Positions 20,382-29,219 of a stretch of DNA of 64,000 nt are shown here, one piece after another. The notes below the pieces were generated by a model. That model was not told the DNA's origin. It did no database searches and worked only from the letters and a program-made list of their open reading frames with translations. Where the stretch lies: assembly GCA_965216875.1 (NCBI GenBank), contig OZ244207.1, positions 3,680,001 through 3,744,000 on the forward strand, given 5' to 3'. Numbering within the stretch: position 1 is the first letter of the stretch; the number at the start of each line of letters is the position of its first letter. The position numbers and the translations under genes are program-made. The stretch is from Rubripirellula sp. GTDB taxonomy: Bacteria > Planctomycetota > Planctomycetia > Pirellulales > Pirellulaceae.

Positions 20382-22220
20382 CTACTTGCGTTTCTTAAAG
20401 AACTTTGCTCGCAGCGATTCAATCTTTTGCTGCCGAATTTCAGGATCGAGGTCCTTTCCGTTGACCTGAATCTTTTCGATTTGAGACTTGTATTTCTCAA
20501 ACATTTTGACTCGCATTGCCATGCTTTCTTCGTCGTCTCGTTGCATGAAGCTCCAATCGACGTTTTGCCACGATGACTTGTCGCTCTTTCGCGAAGCAAG
20601 TTGTTCGCGTCTCTCAGACTCGGCTCGAGCCGCTTGCTCTTTCGCCTCACGTTCACGATCGCGAGTGTCGACCCGAGCGACCGTCTGTGGTCCATCTTCG
20701 CTGGGCTCGGGAGGCTTGCCGTCAAGCAAATCGCCTTGCGGCGTCACCATCAAGCTCCAACGATGCAACATTCCAAACCGGTCACTTCGCGTGCCGCGAA
20801 TCACCAACTGCCAAACGCCTTTGATGCTCTTTCCATTGAAATGCCCCAGGCCTGGCTGACGCTTGACCAAACCCTCGGGCATGAACGTTCCCTTGAACGG
20901 TGGACGTGCCTTGACGATCGGGTACCGCGACTGATCATCAAAGATCGTGTCTTCAAAATGGTCGTCATGGGCACCGACTTCGGTAAAGAGCTCGATCCGT
21001 TGACCATCTGGTCCGGTCAAAAAGGCATCCAAGTGCGACGTATGCGTATGTGTGATCGAAAGCTGAACATTCAGGTCGCCAATCAGAAAATCATCAGGAA
21101 CATCAATTTCTGAAATGATCGTTTTGCGTGGTGCCAACACCTCGGCATCGGTGTTGCTATAGGTTCCACCAACCATGGCATTCGCACGGAGTACTTCCTG
21201 AGTGGTCAGCAAGCCGTCGCCGTTGATGTCGAGACTGGTGAATTCAGCGAGCTTCTCGTCGCTCCACTCCTCCGTGAATTCAGTCATCGCAACTTGTTGG
21301 TCGCGGTTGGCGTCGAGTTCATAAAACCAGCCCGGAATCGCTTCGTCGGCACCACCCGATTGCTCTTGGATATCAACAAAATAGGCCTCGAGTTCATCGC
21401 GGCTCAGTTCACCATTCCTGTCCGCGTCGATCTGACCCATTGGGATGCCGAGCTTCAAGGTTTCGTCCGCTTCGAGCCGCCCGTTCTTGTTTCGGTCAAA
21501 ACGGCCAAGGATCGTCGCCGTGAGGTAGTAGCGTGTGCCACCGCGCCGCCAATAACGACTCGAATCTTCTCGTGGCTGCTCTTCAGGTCGCGAAGACCGA
21601 ATCCCGTTGCCGGTCCGCCATGCCTTTCGCACGAGTTCGCCCGAAGCACCTTCCAGTAGTCGCCGCCGCGCGTACCGCTGAACCATCTCCATCCGGCTCA
21701 GTCGCCCGTCATTGTCAAGGTCATCATCGAACGGATTGCGGTGCGTCCATTCATGCCGAGCCGCTTCGCGCCGATCGATGTAGCCATCTTTGTTTTCATC
21801 GTGGCTGCGCATGGTTCGCGCAACGAACCTTAGGTCATCCTGAGTGTAGGGGTACTTCATTTCGCCGATACCAAACTCAGGCACGAGCGCGTCATCGCGC
21901 TGAGGCGTGAACCCTTTCAGTTTTGCCTCACCTTCGGGGTCAACGTCTTTACCTTGAACACCGTTCTTGTTCGCGTAGTAAATCCGCGCCGCCTCTTGCC
22001 AACGATCAACCGGATTGGGCCGATCAAGCGACATTCGCCTCACTCGCGCAACGCGTTCAAGGTAGGGACGTGCAAGCGGCGTGATCTCATCCGGATCGAT
22101 GTTTCCGTTCTGATTTCGATCCAGTTTCTCGAGCGACTCGCGCAGGCCAGACTGGGCTCGGGCAGTTGATCCGACCAGCAATACCAGCGCCGTCGCAATC
22201 GTTGCAATTCTTCCGTTCAT
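20382..22220 (-). CDS. Exported multi-EF-hand protein with proprotein-convertase P-domain
   Basis: Signal peptide; EF loops DRNQNGNID, DENKDGYID, DLDNDGRLS, DRNKNGRLE, DADRNGELS, DINGDGLLT; P-domain signature DLNVQLSITHT..L..PDG..GVWQL. Confidence 0.82.
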   Translation of the reverse strand: MNGRIATIATALVLLVGSTARAQSGLRESLEKLDRNQNGNIDPDEITPLARPYLERVARVRRMSLDRPNPVDRWQEAARIYYANKNGVQGKDVDPEGEAKLKGFTPQRDDALVPEFGIGEMKYPYTQDDLRFVARTMRSHDENKDGYIDRREAARHEWTHRNPFDDDLDNDGRLSRMEMVQRYARRRLLEGASGELVRKAWRTGNGIRSSRPEEQPREDSSRYWRRGGTRYYLTATILGRFDRNKNGRLEADETLKLGIPMGQIDADRNGELSRDELEAYFVDIQEQSGGADEAIPGWFYELDANRDQQVAMTEFTEEWSDEKLAEFTSLDINGDGLLTTQEVLRANAMVGGTYSNTDAEVLAPRKTIISEIDVPDDFLIGDLNVQLSITHTHTSHLDAFLTGPDGQRIELFTEVGAHDDHFEDTIFDDQSRYPIVKARPPFKGTFMPEGLVKRQPGLGHFNGKSIKGVWQLVIRGTRSDRFGMLHRWSLMVTPQGDLLDGKPPEPSEDGPQTVARVDTRDREREAKEQAARAESERREQLASRKSDKSSWQNVDWSFMQRDDEESMAMRVKMFEKYKSQIEKIQVNGKDLDPEIRQQKIESLRAKFFKKRK

Positions 22221-22223
22221 TGC

Positions 22224-24884
22224 TTACCTGTTGCCTTTGGGCTGCTGAGGTCGCGGTGCTGGATTGGCAGCCGTTCGCGATCCTGATTCGCGTCGATTCG
22301 ATGTCGCAGCTTCTTGGAGCAGAATCTGCTGCAAGACGGCTTCCATCAGCTCGCCGTTAAGCGGTGCCACCACTTCGACCTGTTGCTCGCCGCGTCGGTC
22401 GATCGACAGGGCAAGTGCTTCGACCTCTTTGAAAAGCTGCTCGGGTGCCGTGACGATCAACGAATTGCTCGGTTCGTGCACGGCGATAGTGATCTTGGGT
22501 TCCAAACTGCGAGTCGCCCGCGCCTGTGGTTGAGGTTGGTTGCCTTTCTTTTTCTTGTCGTCATCACCGCCTTCGCCACGTGCTTTTGCCGCGGCCAGCG
22601 CGGCCGCTTCGCCACCACCACGTTGCCCCTGACCACCGGGTTGACCACCCGCTACGCCCTGCGCGCCAGCCGTCACACGGCCTGCGAATGCTTGACGAAT
22701 CGCGTCGGCAACATCGGTCGCTCGACTGTTGACCAAGTTGATCACGTGCGCCGTTCCATAAGTCTCTATCGCCGTGATGCTGTTGTCTTTGTCAACGATC
22801 TTCAAATACTCTTCGATCCGTTCGATATCGGTCGATGTTCCTTGAGCAATCAATCGGTTCAACCGAGTGTCGGCCAAAATGGTCATCGTGTCCGATGTCA
22901 AAGTCATCGTTCCGTCTCGCGTCGTGATCAGGCTGCCAAGCAGCGAAGGGCCTGATGAGACGTAACCATTGACGAGTGTCCCCGCCTCGAATTCTTCGGC
23001 CGCGTCGCCGCCATCAAGCAATTCCGCCAACATCTTCAAGGCATCGTCGGCCTTGGTGTATTTGAGATAGAAAACGATCGGGGGCGAGGGCGATGTGTCG
23101 ACCGGCCCAGCAATCACGCGGACGTGCGTTTCGAACGCATCAAGTGCTTGGCGATCATCCGATTGAAGAAGAACGCCTCTCGGGGTGACTTGGCAACGAA
23201 TGGCCGGTGCCGTGCTCGCCGAATTCGACGTGAGCCATCGCTGGTTGGAAAGGTCACCGCTGGGTTCATTGTTGGCCGTCAACGTTCGATTGGGAAAAGC
23301 ATCCGAAACCACGCGTTCGGTCATGACCGATTCAGGCTCGGTCGACGATCGATAGACGATCACCGGGTTGTCACCACGCCAAAAGCGAACCGCCGTCTCA
23401 AGAATCTGTTCGGCTTGTTTCCCTTTGAGCGGCAGAATGCGGAACGCTTCTTCCGACGAACGGGGCGCAGTACTCGAATCGTCCAAACCCTCAACGATCT
23501 TTTTGATCTGTTCGATCTGGGCCTTTTTGGCACGAACAAACAAACGGCTGTTGCCTGGATCCGCGTCGATCTTTGGTGCATCGGGATCGATGTCTTCGGG
23601 ATCATCCAACGGATCGGGCAGGTCAAGCATTTCTTCAAGCAATGTGACCGCGAAATAAGGGTCGACCGTCTCGAGTGGGATGACCGCAAACTCGGCGTCA
23701 GCGCCCTGCAACTCCGCCACTGTCTTCTCGATCTCGGCGTGTACCGATGGCGGGGCGAGTGCGACCACCGTGCCGGCCTCTTCGTCCATGGATAACCGAA
23801 TCTCACGATCAGCCAGCAGCGTCACAAGAACGTTATAGGCCGTTTCAACGCTGCCGTTATTCACCGCGTGGGCTTTCAGGACCATGTCGCCTTGTTCGGC
23901 GATGCTCCCCTTTTTCGGTTTGTCGACCGCAGCAACAAGACGCTCGATCAACTTCACTTTGTCTTCCACGCCGGTAACGAAAATGTTCTTGCCTTTGACA
24001 TCGGCGGAAACACTCACATCGATCCCGATCATCTCGCCGGTGGCCAGCCCAAGGTGAGGACGAGCGACTTCGAGCACATCTTCGGCAGTGACGTGCTCGA
24101 GCACAAAGCTTTCGACCACCGTCCCGTTGTCCATCTCATCGGGCTTGAAGGCATCCAGAATGACCTTCGCGTTGCGAAGCTTGCCAACCGTGTCTGTGAT
24201 CATCAGTTGCTTGGTCTTTGAAAAAACCGAAGGGTTGGTCATCAAGTTGAGGGCCGTCAGCTCTTGCACGGCCTCTTCGGCTTCCAGTTCGCCCAACGGG
24301 AAAATACATTTGACGACATCGTGGCTCGCACGAGTTTCGAGATCCTGCAGATTGACAAGTGGAGCGATCGCATCAAGCTGCTGCATGCTGCGAGGGTCAC
24401 TCAAGTTGATCACCGACAACAAATGCCCACTGCGAACAAGCGAATAACCTTGCGGCAACAAGAAGAGGTTCACGCGGTCGATCGCCGCTTGATGCGTGTA
24501 GGCCTGCGGGTCGCTATAGGTAAAACTGCCCGTCGGAACGCTATCGACATGCAGCGCCAATTCGCCCTCTTCGGCCAACCACTCAATGACTTCTCGCCAG
24601 GGCGTCCCCGAGAACGCAAAACGAATCTCGTCACTCTTGGCAGGCTGCTTTGCTCCAACCGCAGCGATGAACTCTTCAAGACTGTCTTGCGCGCTCGCAT
24701 CACTGTCTTGCGCGTTCGCATCGGAATCGCTCGAGGCCCCAGGTTGGATGAGCTCGGGCTGGCGCTGGGTGGGCGTTGGAACTGCCCCCTCTTCTTGCGC
24801 CGGAAGCTGATTGCCCGTCAGGGCAAACGCCAAGGTGATGGGAAGTGCTGCCGACCGAAAACGTCGAGACCGATCAGTGGACAT
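22224..24884 (-). CDS. Secretin N-terminal-domain repeat protein (T2SS/T3SS short-domain type), no secretin barrel
   Basis: N0-like IRFAFSGTPWREVIEWLA; repeated N3-type motifs ADVKGKNIFVTG, DADPGNSRLFVRA, ADTRLNRLIAQG, VHEPSNSLIVTA. Confidence 0.8.
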   Translation of the reverse strand: MSTDRSRRFRSAALPITLAFALTGNQLPAQEEGAVPTPTQRQPELIQPGASSDSDANAQDSDASAQDSLEEFIAAVGAKQPAKSDEIRFAFSGTPWREVIEWLAEEGELALHVDSVPTGSFTYSDPQAYTHQAAIDRVNLFLLPQGYSLVRSGHLLSVINLSDPRSMQQLDAIAPLVNLQDLETRASHDVVKCIFPLGELEAEEAVQELTALNLMTNPSVFSKTKQLMITDTVGKLRNAKVILDAFKPDEMDNGTVVESFVLEHVTAEDVLEVARPHLGLATGEMIGIDVSVSADVKGKNIFVTGVEDKVKLIERLVAAVDKPKKGSIAEQGDMVLKAHAVNNGSVETAYNVLVTLLADREIRLSMDEEAGTVVALAPPSVHAEIEKTVAELQGADAEFAVIPLETVDPYFAVTLLEEMLDLPDPLDDPEDIDPDAPKIDADPGNSRLFVRAKKAQIEQIKKIVEGLDDSSTAPRSSEEAFRILPLKGKQAEQILETAVRFWRGDNPVIVYRSSTEPESVMTERVVSDAFPNRTLTANNEPSGDLSNQRWLTSNSASTAPAIRCQVTPRGVLLQSDDRQALDAFETHVRVIAGPVDTSPSPPIVFYLKYTKADDALKMLAELLDGGDAAEEFEAGTLVNGYVSSGPSLLGSLITTRDGTMTLTSDTMTILADTRLNRLIAQGTSTDIERIEEYLKIVDKDNSITAIETYGTAHVINLVNSRATDVADAIRQAFAGRVTAGAQGVAGGQPGGQGQRGGGEAAALAAAKARGEGGDDDKKKKGNQPQPQARATRSLEPKITIAVHEPSNSLIVTAPEQLFKEVEALALSIDRRGEQQVEVVAPLNGELMEAVLQQILLQEAATSNRRESGSRTAANPAPRPQQPKGNR

Positions 24885-25278
24885 ACTTTGGTAGGGTTCG
24901 AGAGGTTGATGGAGGTGAGGTGACGGGCGTCACTCTCGCGAAGCGGCCGACGGTCAGGCCCAGGCAAATTGGTTACAGGGAATAACCGATCACGAGGGCT
25001 TTTTGGCTCGCTTGGGGTGGGTAGGACGGCTGGGGACCAAGAGCAGTTGGTTTGTGTTAAGTCAAAATGCCCTTTGGGGATTGGATAACGCCGCAGACTT
25101 TACGGTACCCAAATCCCCCCAAAAGTCAATCTCTGACTGTATCAGCCATGTATCGAAAACCACGCAAAAGACGAGGTTTTTCACATCTGGTGGCCCATCC
25201 GGTCTCGATCCCAGTGAGCCGCCAACGGACCATTCCCCTGAATGATCTCCAAAGCACCAAGCCGTACCCCGGTGAGCA

Positions 25279-28209
25279 CTATCGCCGCTCGATACTGAGC
25301 AACCCGTTTCGATTGATCCGAATGCGATCGGCTGTCACGGTGTTCCCTTGAGTGTCGTCCAAGCGAATTTGTGCGTCGCCTTCAAACAGAAGGCCTGCTT
25401 CGGTCGCACGCAAAACCGCATTGTTGCTACGTGCCTCGAGCGACCGATGACGAATCTGGGTCACCCCTTTCGCTTCAAGGGAAAGATGACGCTCCCCTTG
25501 TTCGTCCACGTCCAAAGCAAGCAGCACTTCGTCGGCCCTCACCTCGGAACCGTCATTCGTTGAAACCTTGGTGCGCCCCGTACAACGAATCCTTACCAAG
25601 TCGTCGCCCGAATCGGCTGGCATCGCAACCTCCAGTTCGGATGTGGTGAGCGAGACGAGTGGTTCACCCTTTTCGGTGTCCATGCATTCCATAAGAACTT
25701 GATCAGCTTGCACAGAGATCTCTCGCCCCTGCTGATTGTGACGAACAACCAAATCAGCGAGGCCGGTCGTTTGAACCGTCAACCCATGCTGGCCGATCAG
25801 TCGGTTGGCTGCCTCTGGTAGTTTTTCCCATCGAGTGCCCGTCTGCGAAGCTCGATTCGCGCGCGATCGTTGAACATCGGGAAAACCTTCAATACGGACC
25901 ATCTTGTGCTTGGCTGACGAATCCAAGGCGGGAATCCAATCCTTCGGTCCGCCCGCTTGATTGGTGCAGGTGATGGCGAGGACAACGAAGTCGCGTTGAT
26001 CATCCGAGGATGGTCGGCCATCTCGGTTGGGGCGAATCGATCCCAACAGCACCGTTTGGCCCGAATTCGTTTCAAACATCGTGGCAACCGTCTCTCGCAC
26101 GACGCTTGGCGACTGTACGGCAATCGAATCATGATGAGCTGTCGACAGGCGAAGTTCGTTGACGTCGCTCACACTTGACGTGGTCCAGGTTGTCGCAATG
26201 CGCAGGCGCTGCTGGGCTACGCGTCGAGCAAATAGGCCGAGTTCGAAACCGTCATACAGCACATCATGATTCGGGTTGAGTTCCGAAGCGTCACCGTCGC
26301 CAGAGGAGACGCCCACAACAAAGGGCTTGGAAACGCCCGAGTGAATCAACGCTTGTTGACCTTCGAACAGAGTGACTCTGGGAGCCCCGGTATCCGATTT
26401 ACCGTTTGCCGAGAGTCGTTGCTTTACCGTTTCCCATTGCTGCGGTGAAAGCACGGCGGCGAACAATGGCACATGCTCTTCCTGCTCGCGTCTGACGCGT
26501 GCCGACCAGGGAGCTACTGATGCCAAGTGCCGGCTTTCGATCACATCGCCAAGTCCTGCCGGCGTCCCCAGTCCCGCGGCATCACTTGGCATCAAGAACC
26601 ATTCAAGCGACAAATCTGAAAGTGCCTGTTTGGCTTGCCGGTATTGGCATCGGAACATACGCGAATTCACGCTGATCGTTGCGCGGTCTTCGGATCGCAA
26701 ACGCTCGATGATTTTCGCAATGGTCCCTTGCTCGGTCTCCGTGGCAAAGACGTGAAGCGTTTCGCCGGTCCATGCAAGCCGACGCTGGTCTTCGTAGGAA
26801 AGGGAAAGCCAACCGCGCAGGTCCGACTCAAAGTGCTTGCGTAATTGATCGACATTCTCGGCGCCGTCGGCATACCGCTCGAACATGTCTGATAGGTCGT
26901 AGGTCTTTGCGACGATCGGCCCGTCGCTGAGAGACTCGTCGCTGAGAGACTCGTCGCTGAGAGAATTGTCGCGCGGCTCAATCGTTTTTGAGTCGACGGG
27001 TTTGGTCGGTGGCGTGCTGTTTGCTTGGCCAGGCCAAACCGCGGCAGCAACCATCGCGATCGCGACCAAACGTGAGCAGCGCCAGATTCTGGCTTCCTTT
27101 TTCGTCGTCATGATTCGCTCCATTCGAATCCGAGTAAACTCTTTCGATCCCATTCCCAAGACGAGCGGAGGCCGCCGGCGGGACGGTTCACCCGCCGCAG
27201 CATCCGCAATGATTCGCATTGCATCGATCAGATGTCGCGCGTAGTTGGCGGGAGCCTCGCCGGTCGCCAAAACAACATCGTGGTCGCATTGAATCTCAAT
27301 GGACCGGCTCAGACGCTTTGAAACGATCCAAGCCAGTGGATGAAACCACCAGAGCGTGGTCACTGCAAACTGCAGCCATCCAGTCCAGCTGTCGCGGCGC
27401 CGAACGTGCATCAACTCGTGAGCAAAGGTCGCGTCCAAAATCCCTGAGCGTTCCAGTTGCTTGGTCATTGCGGCGGGGATCGCAACGGTCGGACGAATGA
27501 TGCCCCAAACGATTGGGTCGCTGCACTTGTCCGATACGATTAACTGAACGCTCGACCGAATGCCAAGTCGATAACGCATGGCTTCAAAACGGTCCTGAAC
27601 TTCCGCCGGGACGCTAAACGAGTTCCGGCGCAGCCGGTTGAGGTGGCGCAAAACTAACGCCATTCGGTACACAAAAACGGTCAACATGCCCGCCGCCCAT
27701 ACCAACAAAAGAATGGGAACCAAACCAACGATTGAATTGGTTGCCGCATGTCCCGAAAGCGAGGTCACGGCGCGAGAGGCGCTGACTTCACGTCGTTCTT
27801 GGGTCGCCACGTGAATACCGGGAGCCGGCAGATCGCATTGATCGACCGTGGCATTCGTTTCCAAGCTTGCTTCGCTCTGTGGATGCAACGTGGAAGCGTG
27901 CTGTGCTTGAGCGTGTTGCAAATCGCCAGGCCAAGTTGGCGCGACATTCGAAGGGATGACGTTGGGTTTCGGATCGGCCTCGTGAGAGCCTGTGCTCGCG
28001 GTGCGAAACGGACTCGAATCGAACATACTGATGGGGCCAGTTAGCGTTGGCGGCACAAGGAACTTGACCAAGACAACAAACCACAACGCGTGAACAGCCT
28101 TTGGATAGCGGTTCCCAACAACTCGCGCGATAACAAGTGTCAGTAGCGCGAGCGTCGTGACCTGAAAGATCTGATCACCCGCCATGTTGATGATGTCACC
28201 GGTACTCAT
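25279..28209 (-). CDS. M56/BlaR1-family metallopeptidase with secretin-like and OstA-like C-terminal regions
   Basis: LWFVVLVKFLVPP, HELMHVRRRD, WWFHPLAW, E..CD; C-terminal APRVTLFEGQQA; ATGA overlap with the upstream repressor. Confidence 0.88.
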   Translation of the reverse strand: MSTGDIINMAGDQIFQVTTLALLTLVIARVVGNRYPKAVHALWFVVLVKFLVPPTLTGPISMFDSSPFRTASTGSHEADPKPNVIPSNVAPTWPGDLQHAQAQHASTLHPQSEASLETNATVDQCDLPAPGIHVATQERREVSASRAVTSLSGHAATNSIVGLVPILLLVWAAGMLTVFVYRMALVLRHLNRLRRNSFSVPAEVQDRFEAMRYRLGIRSSVQLIVSDKCSDPIVWGIIRPTVAIPAAMTKQLERSGILDATFAHELMHVRRRDSWTGWLQFAVTTLWWFHPLAWIVSKRLSRSIEIQCDHDVVLATGEAPANYARHLIDAMRIIADAAAGEPSRRRPPLVLGMGSKEFTRIRMERIMTTKKEARIWRCSRLVAIAMVAAAVWPGQANSTPPTKPVDSKTIEPRDNSLSDESLSDESLSDGPIVAKTYDLSDMFERYADGAENVDQLRKHFESDLRGWLSLSYEDQRRLAWTGETLHVFATETEQGTIAKIIERLRSEDRATISVNSRMFRCQYRQAKQALSDLSLEWFLMPSDAAGLGTPAGLGDVIESRHLASVAPWSARVRREQEEHVPLFAAVLSPQQWETVKQRLSANGKSDTGAPRVTLFEGQQALIHSGVSKPFVVGVSSGDGDASELNPNHDVLYDGFELGLFARRVAQQRLRIATTWTTSSVSDVNELRLSTAHHDSIAVQSPSVVRETVATMFETNSGQTVLLGSIRPNRDGRPSSDDQRDFVVLAITCTNQAGGPKDWIPALDSSAKHKMVRIEGFPDVQRSRANRASQTGTRWEKLPEAANRLIGQHGLTVQTTGLADLVVRHNQQGREISVQADQVLMECMDTEKGEPLVSLTTSELEVAMPADSGDDLVRIRCTGRTKVSTNDGSEVRADEVLLALDVDEQGERHLSLEAKGVTQIRHRSLEARSNNAVLRATEAGLLFEGDAQIRLDDTQGNTVTADRIRINRNGLLSIERR

Positions 28210-28586
28210 GATTCGTCCTCCATGCGGTCGATCAGATTCTTGAGTTCGTCAAGTTCGTCGGGCGAGATGCGTCGATCTTCAATGAGATGACGTACAAGTG
28301 GCAGCGAATCACCGTCGAACAATCGATCGACAAGATCGTCGACCGTCTCGCGGATCACCGTCCTGGGCTTGACTTTTGCACGGTAAACCCGCGTGCGACC
28401 ATCGAGCTTGGCGGTGACGTATCCCTTGGCTTCCAACCGGCGCAGGTACGTTTGCACGGTGCTGAATTCCCAGCTGCAATCCGCTGCGAGGGCTTCGTGC
28501 ACTTGGCGGACGCTGGCATTGCCGAGCTTCCAAAGCGCTCGGGCAACGTCAAGCTCGCCTTTGGAAAGACTGGGGCGATCAACCAC
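28206..28586 (-). CDS. BlaI/MecI/CopY family repressor
   Basis: LSKGELDVARALW, STVQTYLRRLEAKGYV, LVDRLFDG; RBS AGGAG before GTG. Confidence 0.93.
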   Translation of the reverse strand: MVDRPSLSKGELDVARALWKLGNASVRQVHEALAADCSWEFSTVQTYLRRLEAKGYVTAKLDGRTRVYRAKVKPRTVIRETVDDLVDRLFDGDSLPLVRHLIEDRRISPDELDELKNLIDRMEDES

Positions 28587-28605
28587 GTTTCGGGACTCCT
28601 TTCTT

Positions 28606-28656
28606 TCAATGACAAATGTACGTGCAAATCTATGCGTACATTTGTCATTGAGTCAA
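28606..28656 (-). promoter_or_regulatory. Twin canonical BlaI-type operators over the leftward promoter
   Basis: Perfect 17-bp inverted repeat TCAATGACAAATGTACG (28606-28622) / CGTACATTTGTCATTGA (28635-28651), each containing ACAnnTGT; minus-strand TTGACT, 18 bp, TAGATT. Confidence 0.8.
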
Positions 28657-28729
28657 TCCCGCTTTTTCTCGGGTGTCGCCCAGATCTGTGCAAAGTCGTC
28701 CGAGGGAAATGGCCCCGCCAGAATCAATG

Positions 28730-28788
28730 TGCAGATTTTTCTGCATATTTTGATTGACGACGGGGATCATGTGCAGTAAAAACTGCAC
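28730..28788 (+). promoter_or_regulatory. Twin TGCAG-N6-CTGCA operators flanking the rightward promoter
   Basis: TGCAGA-tttt-TCTGCA (28730-28745) and GTGCAGT-aaaa-ACTGCAC (28771-28788) on either side of TTGACG (28754-28759). Confidence 0.75.
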
Positions 28789-28831
28789 TTATGGCTTTGA
28801 AGAAGCGAGCCGACGCAGCAGCGGGTATTCA

Positions 28832-29209
28832 ATGACGCAACGACTAACGCCAGCCGAACTCGAAGTGATGCGTGTGCTCTGGGATCGGGGTGAATTGAAG
28901 CCCGCCGAGATCCAGCGTCACTTTCGACGCGAAATCAAGAATCCCGCACTGAGGTCGATCTTGGGGATCTTGGTCGACAAGGGGCACGTGCTTCGACGCA
29001 AAGAAGGCAAAGCCTTTTTCTACAAAGCCAAAACGCGGCGTCACTCCGTGCTTCGCTCGACGCTACGCGAAGCGGCTGACATTTTTTGCAAAGGCTCCTC
29101 CGAGTCTCTGCTGATGCACCTGATCAAGTCGCAAAAGCTCAGTGAAGAAGAACTGATCGAGCTGAAGCGACTTGCTGACCAATCCGATTCAAGTCGAAAC
29201 TCAAAGTGA
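28832..29209 (+). CDS. BlaI/MecI/CopY family repressor
   Basis: LTPAELEVMRVLW, LRSILGILVDKGHV.R.KEGKAFFY, LSEEELIELKRL. Confidence 0.92.
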   Translation: MTQRLTPAELEVMRVLWDRGELKPAEIQRHFRREIKNPALRSILGILVDKGHVLRRKEGKAFFYKAKTRRHSVLRSTLREAADIFCKGSSESLLMHLIKSQKLSEEELIELKRLADQSDSSRNSK

Positions 29210-29219
29210 GGGTTTGGAG

